A stretch of DNA of 64,000 nucleotides, the filler included, from Basidiobolus ranarum (Eukaryota), in NCBI GenBank assembly GCA_040143965.1. It is 12 parts of 12 records of this genome, joined end to end, with 100 filler letters (N's around TTAATTAATTAA, not from the genome) between each part and the next. Parts side by side here need not be neighbours in the genome. Positions count along the whole stretch, not along the records: positions 48,294 to 53,530 come from JASJQH010001657.1; positions 53,631 to 58,866 come from JASJQH010001658.1; positions 58,967 to 64,000 come from JASJQH010001735.1; 9 more parts are not named here. The stretch is one strand, 5' to 3'. Within the stretch, counting starts at the first letter, position 1. The number at the start of each line of letters is the position of its first letter. The notes below the pieces were generated by a model. That model was not told the DNA's origin. It did no database searches and saw only the letters and a list, made by a program, of their open reading frames with translations. This document shows positions 50,711 through 63,187 of the stretch, in pieces. The position numbers were made by a program, and so were the translations under genes.

Positions 50711-51890
50711 TACAAGCCTTGAGCTAGCTGTCAAAGGCATATCTACCAGTAATATTACCAATGGTTTTGCATCTACAGAGGAGTTTGGTCTGGAGTACTT
50801 TCACCTTTGTAGTTTCTAGTTGCAAATAATACTAGTAGACAAGGACCTTTGGGTATTTGTTGGAGCACATGAAATAGAGCCAAAGGGACTGCCATAAGCT
50901 ATCCTTGCTCTTCACAAGAAGTGGAAGAAAGCACTATCCACACTTTGTCTACATCTCACAGACTCTCAAATTGGACTCAAGTGCTGCTAATAGGCTCTTT
51001 CTTAGACTAAAATTATCCTGAATTTAGATCAATTCTGGTGATTTTCTGGCTAATGATATAACATGGTACCAGCTCTCCTCCATTAAGGCATCTCGAAATG
51101 AACATGACATAGTTAAAACACTACTTGGCAGCCTGCCAGAAATGTTTGGAAACACTATAAATGCACCAGCACTAAGAACAAAGCCATTGACAGTTGAGGA
51201 TGTTGAAACTGGGCTTTTCAATAAGCAATTTACAAGGCTTAATTCTCAGAGACATCATCCAGGTCAGTCATTTTTTGGAGCCAAGAAATGTCTAAATAGC
51301 TGGAATAATAGTGCCACTACTGGCAAGTCAAACATAGGCAAATATTGAAAGCAATTAGGCCATTTCTTCAAAGTTGCCAGAAAGAGGATTCATCAAAATG
51401 TCAATATTGAAACTAGCAAATCAAGTAAGCACTGATAGTAATCATCTTTTTGTGTCTACCCTATCATTAACCACTAAGGAATACTTGGAAGCATGGTTCT
51501 TTGATTCAGCAGCTTCCCAGGCTATGTTAGGCAAGACAGATTGGTCTTACAGCTTGAAACCAATCCAAATCAGGAATGTCTACTGAGGCAATGACTATGC
51601 ACAAGATGCAGTTGGTAAAGCACAGTTGTGGTCAGCTTAGAGCAAAACTCAGCTACACCATTCACAAAATGAATAAAGTACTCCATGTACCAAAAATAGC
51701 CAATAACTCATATCAGTAAGCCTAGCCAACTGCTTAAGAACTTAGTTGCATGTTCAGCATGACTGGATGCTCTTTTCCAGAATGAAGTAATACCAAAGTA
51801 GCCACAAAGACTGAGCTCCAAACTTATACAAGCTTGATATAAACAAAATACACTTTTTGCATACAAACTTGGCTAAAATCAGTAAAATAA
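50711..51890 (+). mobile_element. Degenerate Copia gag-protease, plus strand, preceded by a family B LTR
   Basis: 'ILVDKDLWVFV', 'TLLGSLPE', 'WFFDSAASQAM'. Confidence 0.75.
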
Positions 51891-53400
51891 GCTGTCTATT
51901 GTGACATATGAATCGGGTGCAGATACAGCTGGAATCTCTTCAGACACTTCCTGAATTGTGCTGATTGTTTTTGTGGCTCAGAAACTGTGATTGGAGGCAA
52001 AAAATCTGCTACTTCACCAAAATTTACATCCCTGCAATTAAATAACTTCTGGATTTTGGTATCAAACATTTGGTAGGCCTTAGATCTATTGCAGTAACCA
52101 CAAAATATATATTTTCTGTTTTTAGGTACCAATTTGGAGCATTTTTGAGCTGGAATCAGGCAATATGCTGTGCAAACAATGTTCCCAAGATGAAGCACAC
52201 TTGATTTTGATCCAAATAGGACTTTAGATTGAGTATAATTTTGTAGTAATCTTGTTGGCTATTGGTTTTGATATAGACTGCAGTGGCGGCAGATTAGCCC
52301 ACTACTAGTAATCTAACTTTTGATCATGTAACATTGATCTTGCCTTCCCCACTGCGGTCCTAATAGCATGTTCAGTAAATGCACTTTGCTATGTTATGTA
52401 AGGTACAGTGTTTTGTTTTCAATTCCATGTATAGAACAGAAACTATTAAAGTCTTGGGAGCAGTATTGTCAACAATAATTACTCCTGAGTACCCTTATTT
52501 TTTGTGATGATTCTTTCTCTGCTGTTGCTTTGTAGTGCTTGACCATAGCTAAGGCTTAAGGTTTTGATTGAGAAAGAATACCTAGGTACATCTTTTTTGT
52601 CATCAAAAACAGTCATAAAGTAGCTTTTGCCACCTGGTGAGATGTTTTGCATGGGTCCATATAGGTCAGAATGAATCAGGGCAGGATTCTGAGTGAGTTT
52701 GACCTCTGCAGTGCTTGAAAATGGCCGTCTGTGATGTTGTCCTTTTATAAAGCCTTCACCCAAATCCAATTTGATGATGTTTCCATCTAAGTCTAAAACA
52801 AGCTAATTTAGGATCATTTGAGTTGCTATTTGTTCCTCAATGTGGCCTAATCTTTTGTGCTATACTTTATGGCTTATTTCATTGATTTTGGCTAAGTGTT
52901 CATGTTCAGATTGTTATTTGCTGATTTCTAGCCTGTATGAGTTATGAATTTTGATCCCAGTAGCTAATTTGTAGCATTCTAATCTGTGATAGTGTATCCA
53001 GCCTTGCTGAACAAAAAACCTGTCAGTGAGTGGTTGCTTGGTTCACTGAGAGTAGATTCTTTGATCTATTTACTAAATAGAGTTAATCATCCAATTTTTC
53101 AGATGGTCAAACTAAATTTTAGTGTAAATTCAGTACAACTGTGCTATTACAAGCTGCATCTAGTGTATACTTATCATGATGGTAGAATATCCTTGTTTAG
53201 ATTTGTTTTAAGCTGTACAACAAAATTTTCTGGTTTTACATATGCTGAGAAGCTCCTGAATCAATGTACCACATTTCTGAGTTTTCCTTAGTGGTTACTG
53301 ATAGGGCAGACACAAATAGATGATCCCTTTCTGTGCTTAATTGATTGGCTTATTCAGATTATAGTTTTTGGCAAGATTTTTTTTTTAAATCTTTGATTAA
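51891..53400 (-). mobile_element. Degenerate Copia pol (protease, integrase), minus strand
   Basis: WYIDSGASQHM (~53240-53270), 'LIHSDLYGPM...GGKSYFMTVFDD', 'YIFCGYCNRSKAY'. Confidence 0.88.
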
Positions 53401-54042
53401 GTGAGATGGTTGATAAAAGTGTTCAGGGGATATGGAAGTGTTTTGGACAAGATTAGGATTTGTGAATTAGACACTTAAGTTTTATTGAATTGAATATGTC
53501 CTATTTATAGTTTACTATGAAATAGGACTANNNNNNNNNNNNNNNNNNNNNNNNNNNNNNNNNNNNNNNNNNNNTTAATTAATTAANNNNNNNNNNNNNN
53601 NNNNNNNNNNNNNNNNNNNNNNNNNNNNNNACATTGGTCATCAGGTTAAGTATGGATATGATCCAGTATTGTCACAATATCTTAAAAGATTGATGTCTTG
53701 ATTGTCACTTTGTTTAGATTAGTATTTAAGCTAAATAAAGTACACACCATCTGGTGCTTTTCATCCCCCTAAGGTTTTGATGGCATTTCCAGATTCAGGA
53801 GTTTTGCGTAGTAAGGTGATAGCTCTATTCGTTGTTTACTGTGGAACTTGATGATTGAATATTACACTCTCTGGTCCTTTTCAATGGCCGCAATTCGGCA
53901 ACTATTCATACGCATATAAGCACTTCAGAAAGTACTACACTATTGTCGTCTTGATATTGATGGAAATTGGCTCGATTGAATAATTTGAAGAAGCATTTAT
54001 TTGTTGGATATATGCAGCTGATGTATTCACTACATTGAGTGA

Positions 54043-57000
54043 TTAAATATTTTGGGAGACATCTAGGTTATTCACCGGTTTTGTGATTGTACCGGCCTCG
54101 TCTATAGACCAGGAGCATGAACTCTGTCTCAACGTATACATACTGTAGTGGTATTGATTGGGGGGAAAGGTTACTCTCAAATCATCGAGATTGTTCCCGG
54201 GCTGATTATCCCAGTTAGTAAGGTAAACTTCGAAGTCCGTTTGCATCCCAGGACTTGCTTGTCTTGCAGCATTACGCCCTGTAATAATATACTCCAGGGC
54301 TCGTTTATTTGGATGCATGTATTGCCGATTACCTCCAGATATCATATAAATATCACCAACAAGATTTCTGAAATCCGCTTCACTTGAGGTCCGGGCTGAT
54401 GCGTGATGAGGAACCTTCAAAAAATCGTAGCGGCGCGCGTTAGCAGTTAAACCTGACCTCCACACGCTCTCCATAGCGGCACTAGTTGCATCCCCTAGTT
54501 CAAAATCAATATTGTGTAAACAATTGGATTCATAATGAGTAGAATGGCAGAATAATCACCAGTAAATAGCAAGGTTTTTCTAGCAAAATCAAACTGAGTC
54601 ATGATGGATATCATGTTTCTGGCTTCTGAAGCTTCAGGTTCCCCTAATGCACCCCCACCACACATATTTACGGAGTTGAGACTTCTTCTAATGACATCCA
54701 TCGAAGGCCCTATCACATTCATTGAAAGCCCGGTGACTTGATTATAATAGCCCAGCACACCCCTGTTCGAAACCACTTCATAATTACTTCGAGTGTACCA
54801 TAAAAAGTCTACCAAAGCGGCATCAATACCACGAATGGGCTGAGTTCCAGCCTTCCAATCAGCCAGTGATTCAGCGTACAGTGCATCCAGAGCATGCTCG
54901 CATTCAGCACTCATCGGTGCATTGCCAACACTACCGCGTAGTAAATTATCAAACGGGTGATCGCTAAGGAGAATTTACACAGATTTTAGATAGGTAATGC
55001 AAGTATACCACAGTAGCAAACTTACATCATTATATGAGCATGGGGGCCGATGTAATGAGTGCCTGCTGTTGCATCAGAACGTAATAGAGAGGTGATTCCC
55101 CCCAAGTGATCTACACATTTATGACAGAGTTAGATTTATGATGAGTGAAATAGTGTAAAGGTTGCGTTTATGCCGGAGTCATTGTAACTAAAACTGTGTC
55201 GATCCGTTTGGTAGTAAAACCCTAAGGGTCACCACAGTTCGGTTACCTTACTCAGATAGCGGTCTTACCTAAATCGAGATGAGTAACAACAACATAGTTG
55301 ACTTTATAGCCTTGATCTTGGTTATTGATTTTAATATTATCGGCTTGGTCGAGAAATTCCTTCAACTCGTTAATTCTTCTGCCACCATCTATCAACACGC
55401 GATCAATGTCTGTTGATGCACAACGATGTGGGTTCCAGGCAGAAGTGTCACAAATAAACTTGTAGAAAGTCAATACGAAACTGAAGGTATCAGAAGTAGG
55501 TTACAACAGTTAGTCTCTTAATGCTTGTGCCTGTGTTATAATTGAGTACATACCTGTCTCCAGGACCGGCTTGTACCATTGAAATTTGAGACCGGCGCAT
55601 TTCATAAAAGTTTCCTGCTGCAGCTTTGGAGCTGGCTGTCAGGATATTCGCTTGCAGGGAACACACTGTACTGTGAATAATGGGTAATGGGTCCTTGGTC
55701 ATACCAGCTGGTGGATTTACTGCCCCAATAGGCTGGGAGAGCGGTAAGTCTTTTTGAGTTAGACTAGCTATTGCCCATACCGAAGCAAGCAGGCCCAATA
55801 GTTTCCCAATTTCAGGCACAATGGATTTCAAAATCTCTGCCACCGGGGTTACCACTACCGTGCTTATATCACTCACAAACATTTTGAAAAGCAACCATTT
55901 AAGGGCCTTACTAATTACAATTGAGTGATGCGTGGGATCTGACGGGCTGGATACGAGCTGCGTGCTGGCATACATGGAGCGAATTGATTCAGAAAATGGT
56001 TGATTTGGACAGGTGGGAGTTTTGGAAAACTGTAGAACCGCATTTCTAAGCTCATCCAAATCGGAACCTGGAATGAACAGGTCTGTATTTACGAAATAGA
56101 ATGAAGTGGGTGTTAATGAAATAGAAGAAAGCGGATTTAAGTTCGGTTAAAGTTTCGCAAAGCAACATACTTTGTTTCTTCTGAAAATAGACATGGCCTG
56201 GACTTGAATGAGGCCCGTCGGTAGTGGCTCTTAAGAAAGAACACACCAGTGGCTGCTCTTTGTTCTTTTCATCGAGCTGCAGGTTGAATCCGACGCAATC
56301 AGAGGTTGCTGAGCACCAATCTGCGCAGAGGCCTCTTTTACCTGTGTTCATAGTGTATTCAACCTGGCCATTGAAGTATTGACTTTTTAGGATGTCATAT
56401 TCGAATAATCTACAACTACATCCACCGGTGTTCTCAATCATGCATAATGACTTGCATTTCATAGGTGAAAACCAACATTTGGCCATCAAAAAGCCACAGT
56501 CACATGGTTGACTGGCGGGTGCTTTAAGCGAATCACACGCATGAGGATTCACCAGTTTACCTCCTCTACTGCAAACCTGAGATTGCCTCGATCCAGGAGC
56601 ACCACAAGCATCCGACCAATAATACTCGGCACAACAGTTATTCTGAGATGCTGAACCCAAAGAGCCGGCAATGTCCAAATAGTAATTTGATGGGAGGCTG
56701 TTCCAAGCGGTATCGAAAACTGCTCCAAGAGCTGTTAGAGTAAGGCCGATCAACCCTATGAGGAATAATGCCAGAAGTGGAATAAATCGCGCTTGAATGA
56801 TACTAAGATGGGAACCGCCTTGAGCATTTACACTCTTAGTCATAGCTTCCTGGCCATGGTCAAATTGTTCGAAGCATGCACATATATTCTCACATGGGTT
56901 GTTAATAACGCACGAAGCAACTTGCCTGTCAGAGAGACCTAGGTTCAGGGAAAGTAAATGCATCTGGAAGCGCAACTTGCATGTTGAGTTGCTACCCATG

Positions 57001-57428
57001 CACTTCCCAGATTTCTCCACAAAGGCTTCATATTCTGGATTTTGAAGTTGGACAAGCTTACCGTTCTTCTTTTGCTTCTCAACACTCATCCAAAGTTCCT
57101 CAAAGCTCAAGAACCCATCACCGTTACTATCTATCGCTTTGATCATTCGGTAGAATTGCTTGAGAGAATCCGAGCGGGATTCAACTGCCGAACTCTGAGT
57201 AGAATAAAGCGAAGTTCCGCACTTGGAAAGATCATTGCTAATCCTGGATGAGCAAACCAAATCGTTATAACTCAGTAGTCCGTCGTGATCATGATCTAAA
57301 GCCTCAAAGACGGCATGCCAGGAATTATGTAGTCGTGCCGGAGTCTCAGTTGCAGAAGTCGGTATAGCATTGGTGACCCAATTCACAGTAATGAGTAACC
57401 ACAAAGATCCCAGCTGAAAGTACTTCAT
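54043..57428 (-). CDS. Secreted multidomain protein (~979 aa): signal peptide, 2 EF-hands, hydrophobic helix, Cys-rich/PAN-like region, C-terminal ComEC/Rec2-type metallo-beta-lactamase domain
   Basis: Exons 57428-56171, 56082-55554, 55480-55269, 55110-55026, 54963-54560, 54494-54043, all GT-AG, total 2940 nt in frame. Splicing assembles the MBL motifs AGPGDSFVL, VLIDGG, THLDLDHLGG, LLFTGDA, LKVPHHAS, ISGG..YMHP. EF loops DHDHDGLLSYNDL and DSNGDGFLSFEEL. Confidence 0.85.
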
Positions 57429-58018
57429 TCGATATGGGATTTGTAGCTGAATGAGTTTCACTTGAAAGGGACAGAATGTCTACTCTAAATAGTCAGCAAC
57501 CGGTGAGAAGATTCCAACCGTATGAAGAAACAACTTTCTCAGAGTCGTATCATTGGTGAGTAACGATTCTTTGAGTACTAATACCTCGAGTACACGTGCT
57601 TTGAGAACAAGTACTTTGAGCATCGTACTTGGAGTAGAAAAACTTTGGTGCAGCCACAATTTTCTATTTTGAAGTAGACCAGGCGCCTGATAGATGCACA
57701 AATTAATGCTGTCCATCCATGAAGCACGATTCCTAGGATAGGCTCCAACCCTTCTCTAATGGCAAATGTTCACAAAGTAAATACTTGTTGAAAGCACATA
57801 GGTTGAAAATCTCGTCATCGTGAATTCTCCCTTCAAGAGTCAGAATTTGGACGAGTTATTGTATACTTGAGTAACGTAATCTAACAAGGCACCGGTACCT
57901 CTTGTACCTGGGATTTTTTCTTACACGTGTTTTGTTTGCAATTGTTGTGGTTACTCGAGTTTTCTTGAATGCTATATAACTAGCTTTTTGAAGTCCTTAC
58001 AGTTCAACTATTTGTACT

Positions 58019-58866
58019 ATGCTCTGGCCAGTAGTGTTGACTTTTTTGGCTGCTAGCTTTGTCGCAGTTGGTAAGGTTTTTTAATATCCATCTTCCATTA
58101 TAGCAGTGATGTAACGCTTTTAACTTGTATACAGAGGCTCAAGATGCAACTTGCAGTTCGACAAAGCCGTGCGCAGTTGGCTGTTGCTCGAAATTTGGTA
58201 GTTGCGGTTTCGGGCCGGAATTTTGTGGAGAAAACTGTATTGGGACCTGTGACGCCAAAGCCAGTAAGAAGTTTTGGGATATTTCATTAGGGATTGGGCT
58301 TACGATCTTCATCAATTTAGTGTGTGGACAATATGGGGACAACCGTACATGTGAAAGTGGTTGCTGCAGTGCGATTGGATTTTGCGGGTATGAAACAGCC
58401 ATGTGCACCGAAATAGGAGTAGCATCCAAGTATCACTTACTAACTCCAAATTAAGGTTTGGTCCGGATTTCTGTGGAACTGGATGCCAAAGCAATTGTAA
58501 TGCTGTACCGCCCCGAACTGGTGAGTTAAGGCATGACTCTCTAGTTGCTTGTTCGTACTCAACTTTCTCATCGCTATAGAATGTGGTGCTAATGGAAATG
58601 TAACTGAATGTCCTCTTGGTGTTTGCTGCAGTCAATGGGGATTTTGTGGTGAGTATGTGGGTCTTATTACGAATCGCGGATGAGTACTAATGGGTCACTT
58701 CTCAGGGATTGGACCAGATTTTTGTAATGACAAATGCCAGAGTAACTGCGTGTTGAAGCCACCTCAGCCATCTTGCGATCCCAGTAAGTAGAACCGTACA
58801 AAGTTGAATTTGAGGATTAACTCCCCCAAGGGTTTGGCTCCGGCTCGAGAGCTCGAGGGGGCTCTG
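58019..58866 (+). CDS. Secreted chitin-binding protein with three hevein/CBM18 modules, probably the N-terminus of a subgroup C (killer-toxin-like) GH18 chitinase; 3' truncated
   Basis: Signal peptide MLWPVVLTFLAASFVAVEA. Spliced exons give CSSTKPCAVGCCSKFGSCGFGPEFCGENCIGTCDAKAMCG, CCSAIGFCGFGPDFCGTGCQSNC and CPLGVCCSQWGFCGIGPDFCNDKCQSNC. The catalytic domain is not visible. Confidence 0.8.
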
Positions 58867-58966
58867 NNNNNNNNNNNNNNNNNNNNNNNNNNNNNNNNNN
58901 NNNNNNNNNNTTAATTAATTAANNNNNNNNNNNNNNNNNNNNNNNNNNNNNNNNNNNNNNNNNNNN

Positions 58967-60099
58967 TGACGAACAAGAGCACGCTCTTTAGCCATCTTTC
59001 TAACACCAATAGCCATGGTAAAGGTGACAACAGCAATCAAACCACCAGGAATGATAGCAATTCCAATCGAGATAGCGTAAACGGCAATACTTTGGTTGAT
59101 GTGGAATTTGTTAACACCAAAGACAATAAGAATGAAAACAATTGCCAGGGCAAATAGCAAATACGCCATCCTATCTAAACTATTTCGTTATATATGTTAG
59201 TGATGCCAGTTGAGAAAATTTAAAATAATGCGGTGTACCTTTTTTGCAATGGGGTTTTACCAGGCTTGTTCTCGCTGTTAGCGAGTTCCTGAGCAATCTT
59301 TCCAATTTCGGTGGTCATACCTGTACCGATTACAACACCTTTGCCACGCCCTCTTGTTACACTTGTTGACGAGTAAACTAAATTTAAACGATCCCCGATA
59401 GGTTCATCTGGATCCTCAATGAGGTCGAGGCTGGAAAAAGATATTTGTTTAGTAAAAGAGTCAATATTGAGCGCACGAGTTACATACTTCTTCTGAACAG
59501 GGACGGTCTCGCCAGTGAGTAAAGCTTCATCACACTCCAAATTAGAAACTTCAATAAGACGACAATCAGCACCGATGATATCACCGTTCTCAAAGGCCAA
59601 TATATCACCGGGAACAAGCTCACGAGTCTGGACAGTAAGCAAATGCCCGTCTCGAAGAACTCTACAAGTAGGTGACGCCATCTTCCGTAAGGATTCTAGT
59701 GTCTTCTCGGCTTTATACTCTTGGAAAAACCCGATAGTAGAGTTCGTAACAATGACCAAGGCAATAACAGCTAATAGAATAACAATTAGAAATGGTAGTT
59801 TAATTTTATTACATACTTGAAGCTTTACCTCCTTCACCGTAGTTTCCACCTGCAGAAAAGGCAATTGCCATTGCAATAATTAGTACCAATGTTAAAGCGT
59901 TGGCAATCTGTCTAAAGAGTACTCGAAAAGCGCTAGGCCCCCCTTGGCCAGTCATCTCGTTAGGGCCATAGCTTTCGAAACGACTTTTAGCTTCAGCAGT
60001 AGTCATGCCCACTTGCACATCGGTTTTCAGTTTCGATAACACATCTTCATGAGTATACGTGTGGTAGGGCTCGGATACAGTTTGGTCGAGTTTTCTCAT
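58967..60099 (-). CDS. P-type IID (ENA-type) Na+/K+-exporting ATPase, N-terminal part; 3' truncated
   Basis: YGPNEM, GFFQEYKAEKTLESL, LVPGDI, DEALLTGET, DRLNLVYSST, TGMTTEIGKIA, KTPLQK, YAISIGIAIIPGGLIAVVTFTM. Confidence 0.9.
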
Positions 60100-61453
60100 T
60101 TGCGTATATATGTATTGAAAAGGATTAAGGGAATTAAAGCGCGAAGTAAACTATACCAATACGTAGGAGAAGCTTGGTTTTGATTGAACAAGTCCTTCAT
60201 CTCGCTCTATATATCTTTTACCAAGTTCTTGGATACTCTTTGGAGCGAGTTTGGAGTTATAATGGAAATGAAGAGCCCTTTTGGATGCTGTTTGGATGCT
60301 CTTTGGATCCCCTTCAAATACTTTTCCGGGATATTTGGACCAAATATAGTAATATCTTGAGTCATATTCTGCCGAGGAAAATACACTAGAAGATCTTGTA
60401 CAAAGAAAAAAGCAAGATTGTCAGAATGTAATTGGCCAATTCTAATAGTATTCTTATAGGAAAGGCAGCAAGAGTAATATATTTACAACCTGACCAAAGA
60501 ACGATTGGAATATTCTTAATTAAGAAACTGGAAATGTAAATACTCATACGTTCTTTGATCAAACTTTATTATTATATATATAATAATATAATCTTCATCG
60601 ATAATACGCCAAATTTACTTTATCCCCCATTATTTTTCACTGGAATGGATGATTTTTCCTCCACCTGATAATAATCACTAGGAACTACTCAGTTGTGCTC
60701 ACTTTATGCACTTAGTTATCCAACTTCTCGTCAACATTCGCTACTGCATTTGATGAATTCTATTTATACGAATTTGGAGCTTTTTCAATGTGTGCAAACC
60801 AATGATAATCTCTATTCAACTTACCCCATAGTGCTGCTTTTGTAAATTATCGAATTGATACAATTTGGTATGCATAATTAAGGGTTATATCTTCTAAGCA
60901 GAGGGGAAGCACGTTACATAAGCTGGATCATGTTGGGATTCGATAATCAGGTTTAGATGATTGTTCATCCACTTTATGCTTTATAGGCACGCATATACTA
61001 GATATTTCATTTCATCAACGTGCATTTGGTATACTAACCAGATAGATGCTATTACTTTAATGCAAATTAACGATAGAAATGTCCCGAACGTACAGAGCGG
61101 CTCTAGAATGCAGGATGCAGTGACTGAAAATAAGTAGTGTCTCTTAGGAGATCCGACTAGTTGGTACAATCGTTAGTTGCAAAAAGGGTGTTGTTAGGTT
61201 CAATTAATGCCTACCACCAAATACATGTTTAATTCAAGTTAATAAGGTAACAACATACTACACTTCTTTGATGCTTACTCGCTTAAATATTCATGTATCC
61301 ACTTGATACAGGCCAAATAATCTCCTTGTTACCCCCTTACATCAATCACTTTAACCTTGAAAAAGATTCCCACTTTGCTGAATGTATAAAATGAACCCGG
61401 ATTGAAAAAGACTAGTTTATTAGTGAACATTTCTTTCGTTTGATAGAGCTACT

Positions 61454-62526
61454 ATGACAAATTCCAAAGACAAATTCTACGTGATTCGTGCCGCTCTGAT
61501 ACGGAAGTCCGAACAAGACATTTGGCGTGCTGTTCTCGTGCCCAGTTCTTTTTCCTTACTACAACTTCACGTAGTTCTTCAAGATTTGTTTGGTTGGAAA
61601 GAAACCAAAAGTTCTTTTCATTACTTTAGCCACGGACCAGTTGACCAAACCTCTAATTTGGAAAACGAATTAACCCAACATCATCACAATTACGGTAAAA
61701 TTCCAGAGGTTGTATATCAAACGGTGTATCCAGAGGAATGTGATGGCTGGGTAAAGCAGATAGGACCAGGCACATATATCGGTATTATTTCTTTACTGCT
61801 GATATTGTTAGGATATAGCTAATTAGTAGAATTCTCCGTTTACCTATAGAACACACGCATCCTCACGATCCTGCTCCCTTGTTTACAGTGCATCATGAGA
61901 TGGCCTGTATAAGCGACGAACTAACTACAAGAGTTCTCCGCGATGAACGACTTTATAAAGTCCATCATGTATTCGATGTTTTTCCCCAACTTTTTTATGA
62001 GTTTGACTACGGTCTGGACCTATTCCCTAGTTTTCGTCTTTCACTATCTTATGAAGAAACTATTGTTGCAACACCTGAAGATTTTTCTATGGACTATTAC
62101 CTTTTCCCAGTAATTATAGATGGCAAAGGGGAATGTCCTACACCTTTCGAGAAACAAGAGCCGTTCCAACTGAATACTATGCAAAGACTTCTGAATAACA
62201 CCCATGTGGCACATAAGCGGGGGAAAATTGAAAAGTGTTACCTATGCCATCGGTTTGAATTTGACTGTCCCAAGTCGAATGTTCAGTGCACTCAGTACAC
62301 CTCTGAGATATGTTGTGCCTACTGTATCTGCAACCCTAGTCTACAAAGTATACAACCTTGTGACGAAGGGCTTAGCTCATTAGCTTGGGAGCAAGGTCTA
62401 AGTATATTAAACACTGAAAGGACAAGATTTCTCGAGGCAATAACTAATGGAGATGGTTTTGAGTGTCACTGGACTGAAAGTGATGGGCGTCCATGCGTTT
62501 TCTGTCACAATATCAACTTTCGGTGA
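61454..62526 (+). CDS. pRiA4b ORF-3-like (MM3350-like) domain protein with Cys/His-rich C-terminus, 334 aa, one intron (61782-61849)
   Basis: 'IWRAVLVPSSFSLLQLHVVLQDLFGW....HYF', 'FYEFDYG', 'FPVIIDGKGECP'; C-terminal CYLCH, CCAYCIC, CH..PCVFCH. Confidence 0.75.
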
Positions 62527-63187
62527 TTTAACTAAGAAAGCCTTATGTGCAAATATTTATTCAAGTCGCTCATGAACGATGAATATCGTACCGTATCCTT
62601 TAGAACTCTAAACACTGTCCTATTATCGTTCATTTAGAATAAATCAATAAACCATTGTCTGTGTTGACTAATTGCCCATTAAACTCAGATTGCTCTGTGA
62701 AATCAATTAGATGACAGATTGCCGAAATTAACTCCGAAATCTTTGATCACTTTGCTGGATTGAATCGATCAATGATTAAACTTAATTGAGTTTGAATACG
62801 ACCAAATAAAGCTGTGAAACTGAAAAATCAAATTGTATTGTGTGCATACTGTCTATATCAAATATATGTATGACTGGAACCACTCGGAAAACTGTCATCT
62901 TGTGATAAAATTAACACAAGACCTATCTCTACGAGTATTCTCATGTATGGTTATTCAAGAGCAAGAATGGTACCGTTTAGATCGGAAATACTTCACTGAT
63001 AGTGCAGAAATGGTAGATCTAATCTTTACTAAAATTCAATCTACTGGAGAGTGCTGTCAGGCATTTAGTATAAATTACGAGCTAGAGACAACATCAATCT
63101 CAAGCAACAGCTTGATATCAATTCCTTTGATTCTTGTAAATTAATCATACTATATCTAATTCGCAGATCAATCATTATATATTGAAA

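Noticed and set aside
59030-59060. PGGL instead of PEGL in TM4 of the P-type ATPase as a sign of inactivation
   Set aside because: ENA-type pumps tolerate loss of this Glu (yeast Ena1 has PSSL as I recall), so it is not informative.
58019-60099. ENA ATPase as an immunity or partner gene of the chitin-binding/MBL locus
   Set aside because: Separated by the linker at 58867-58966; no real adjacency.
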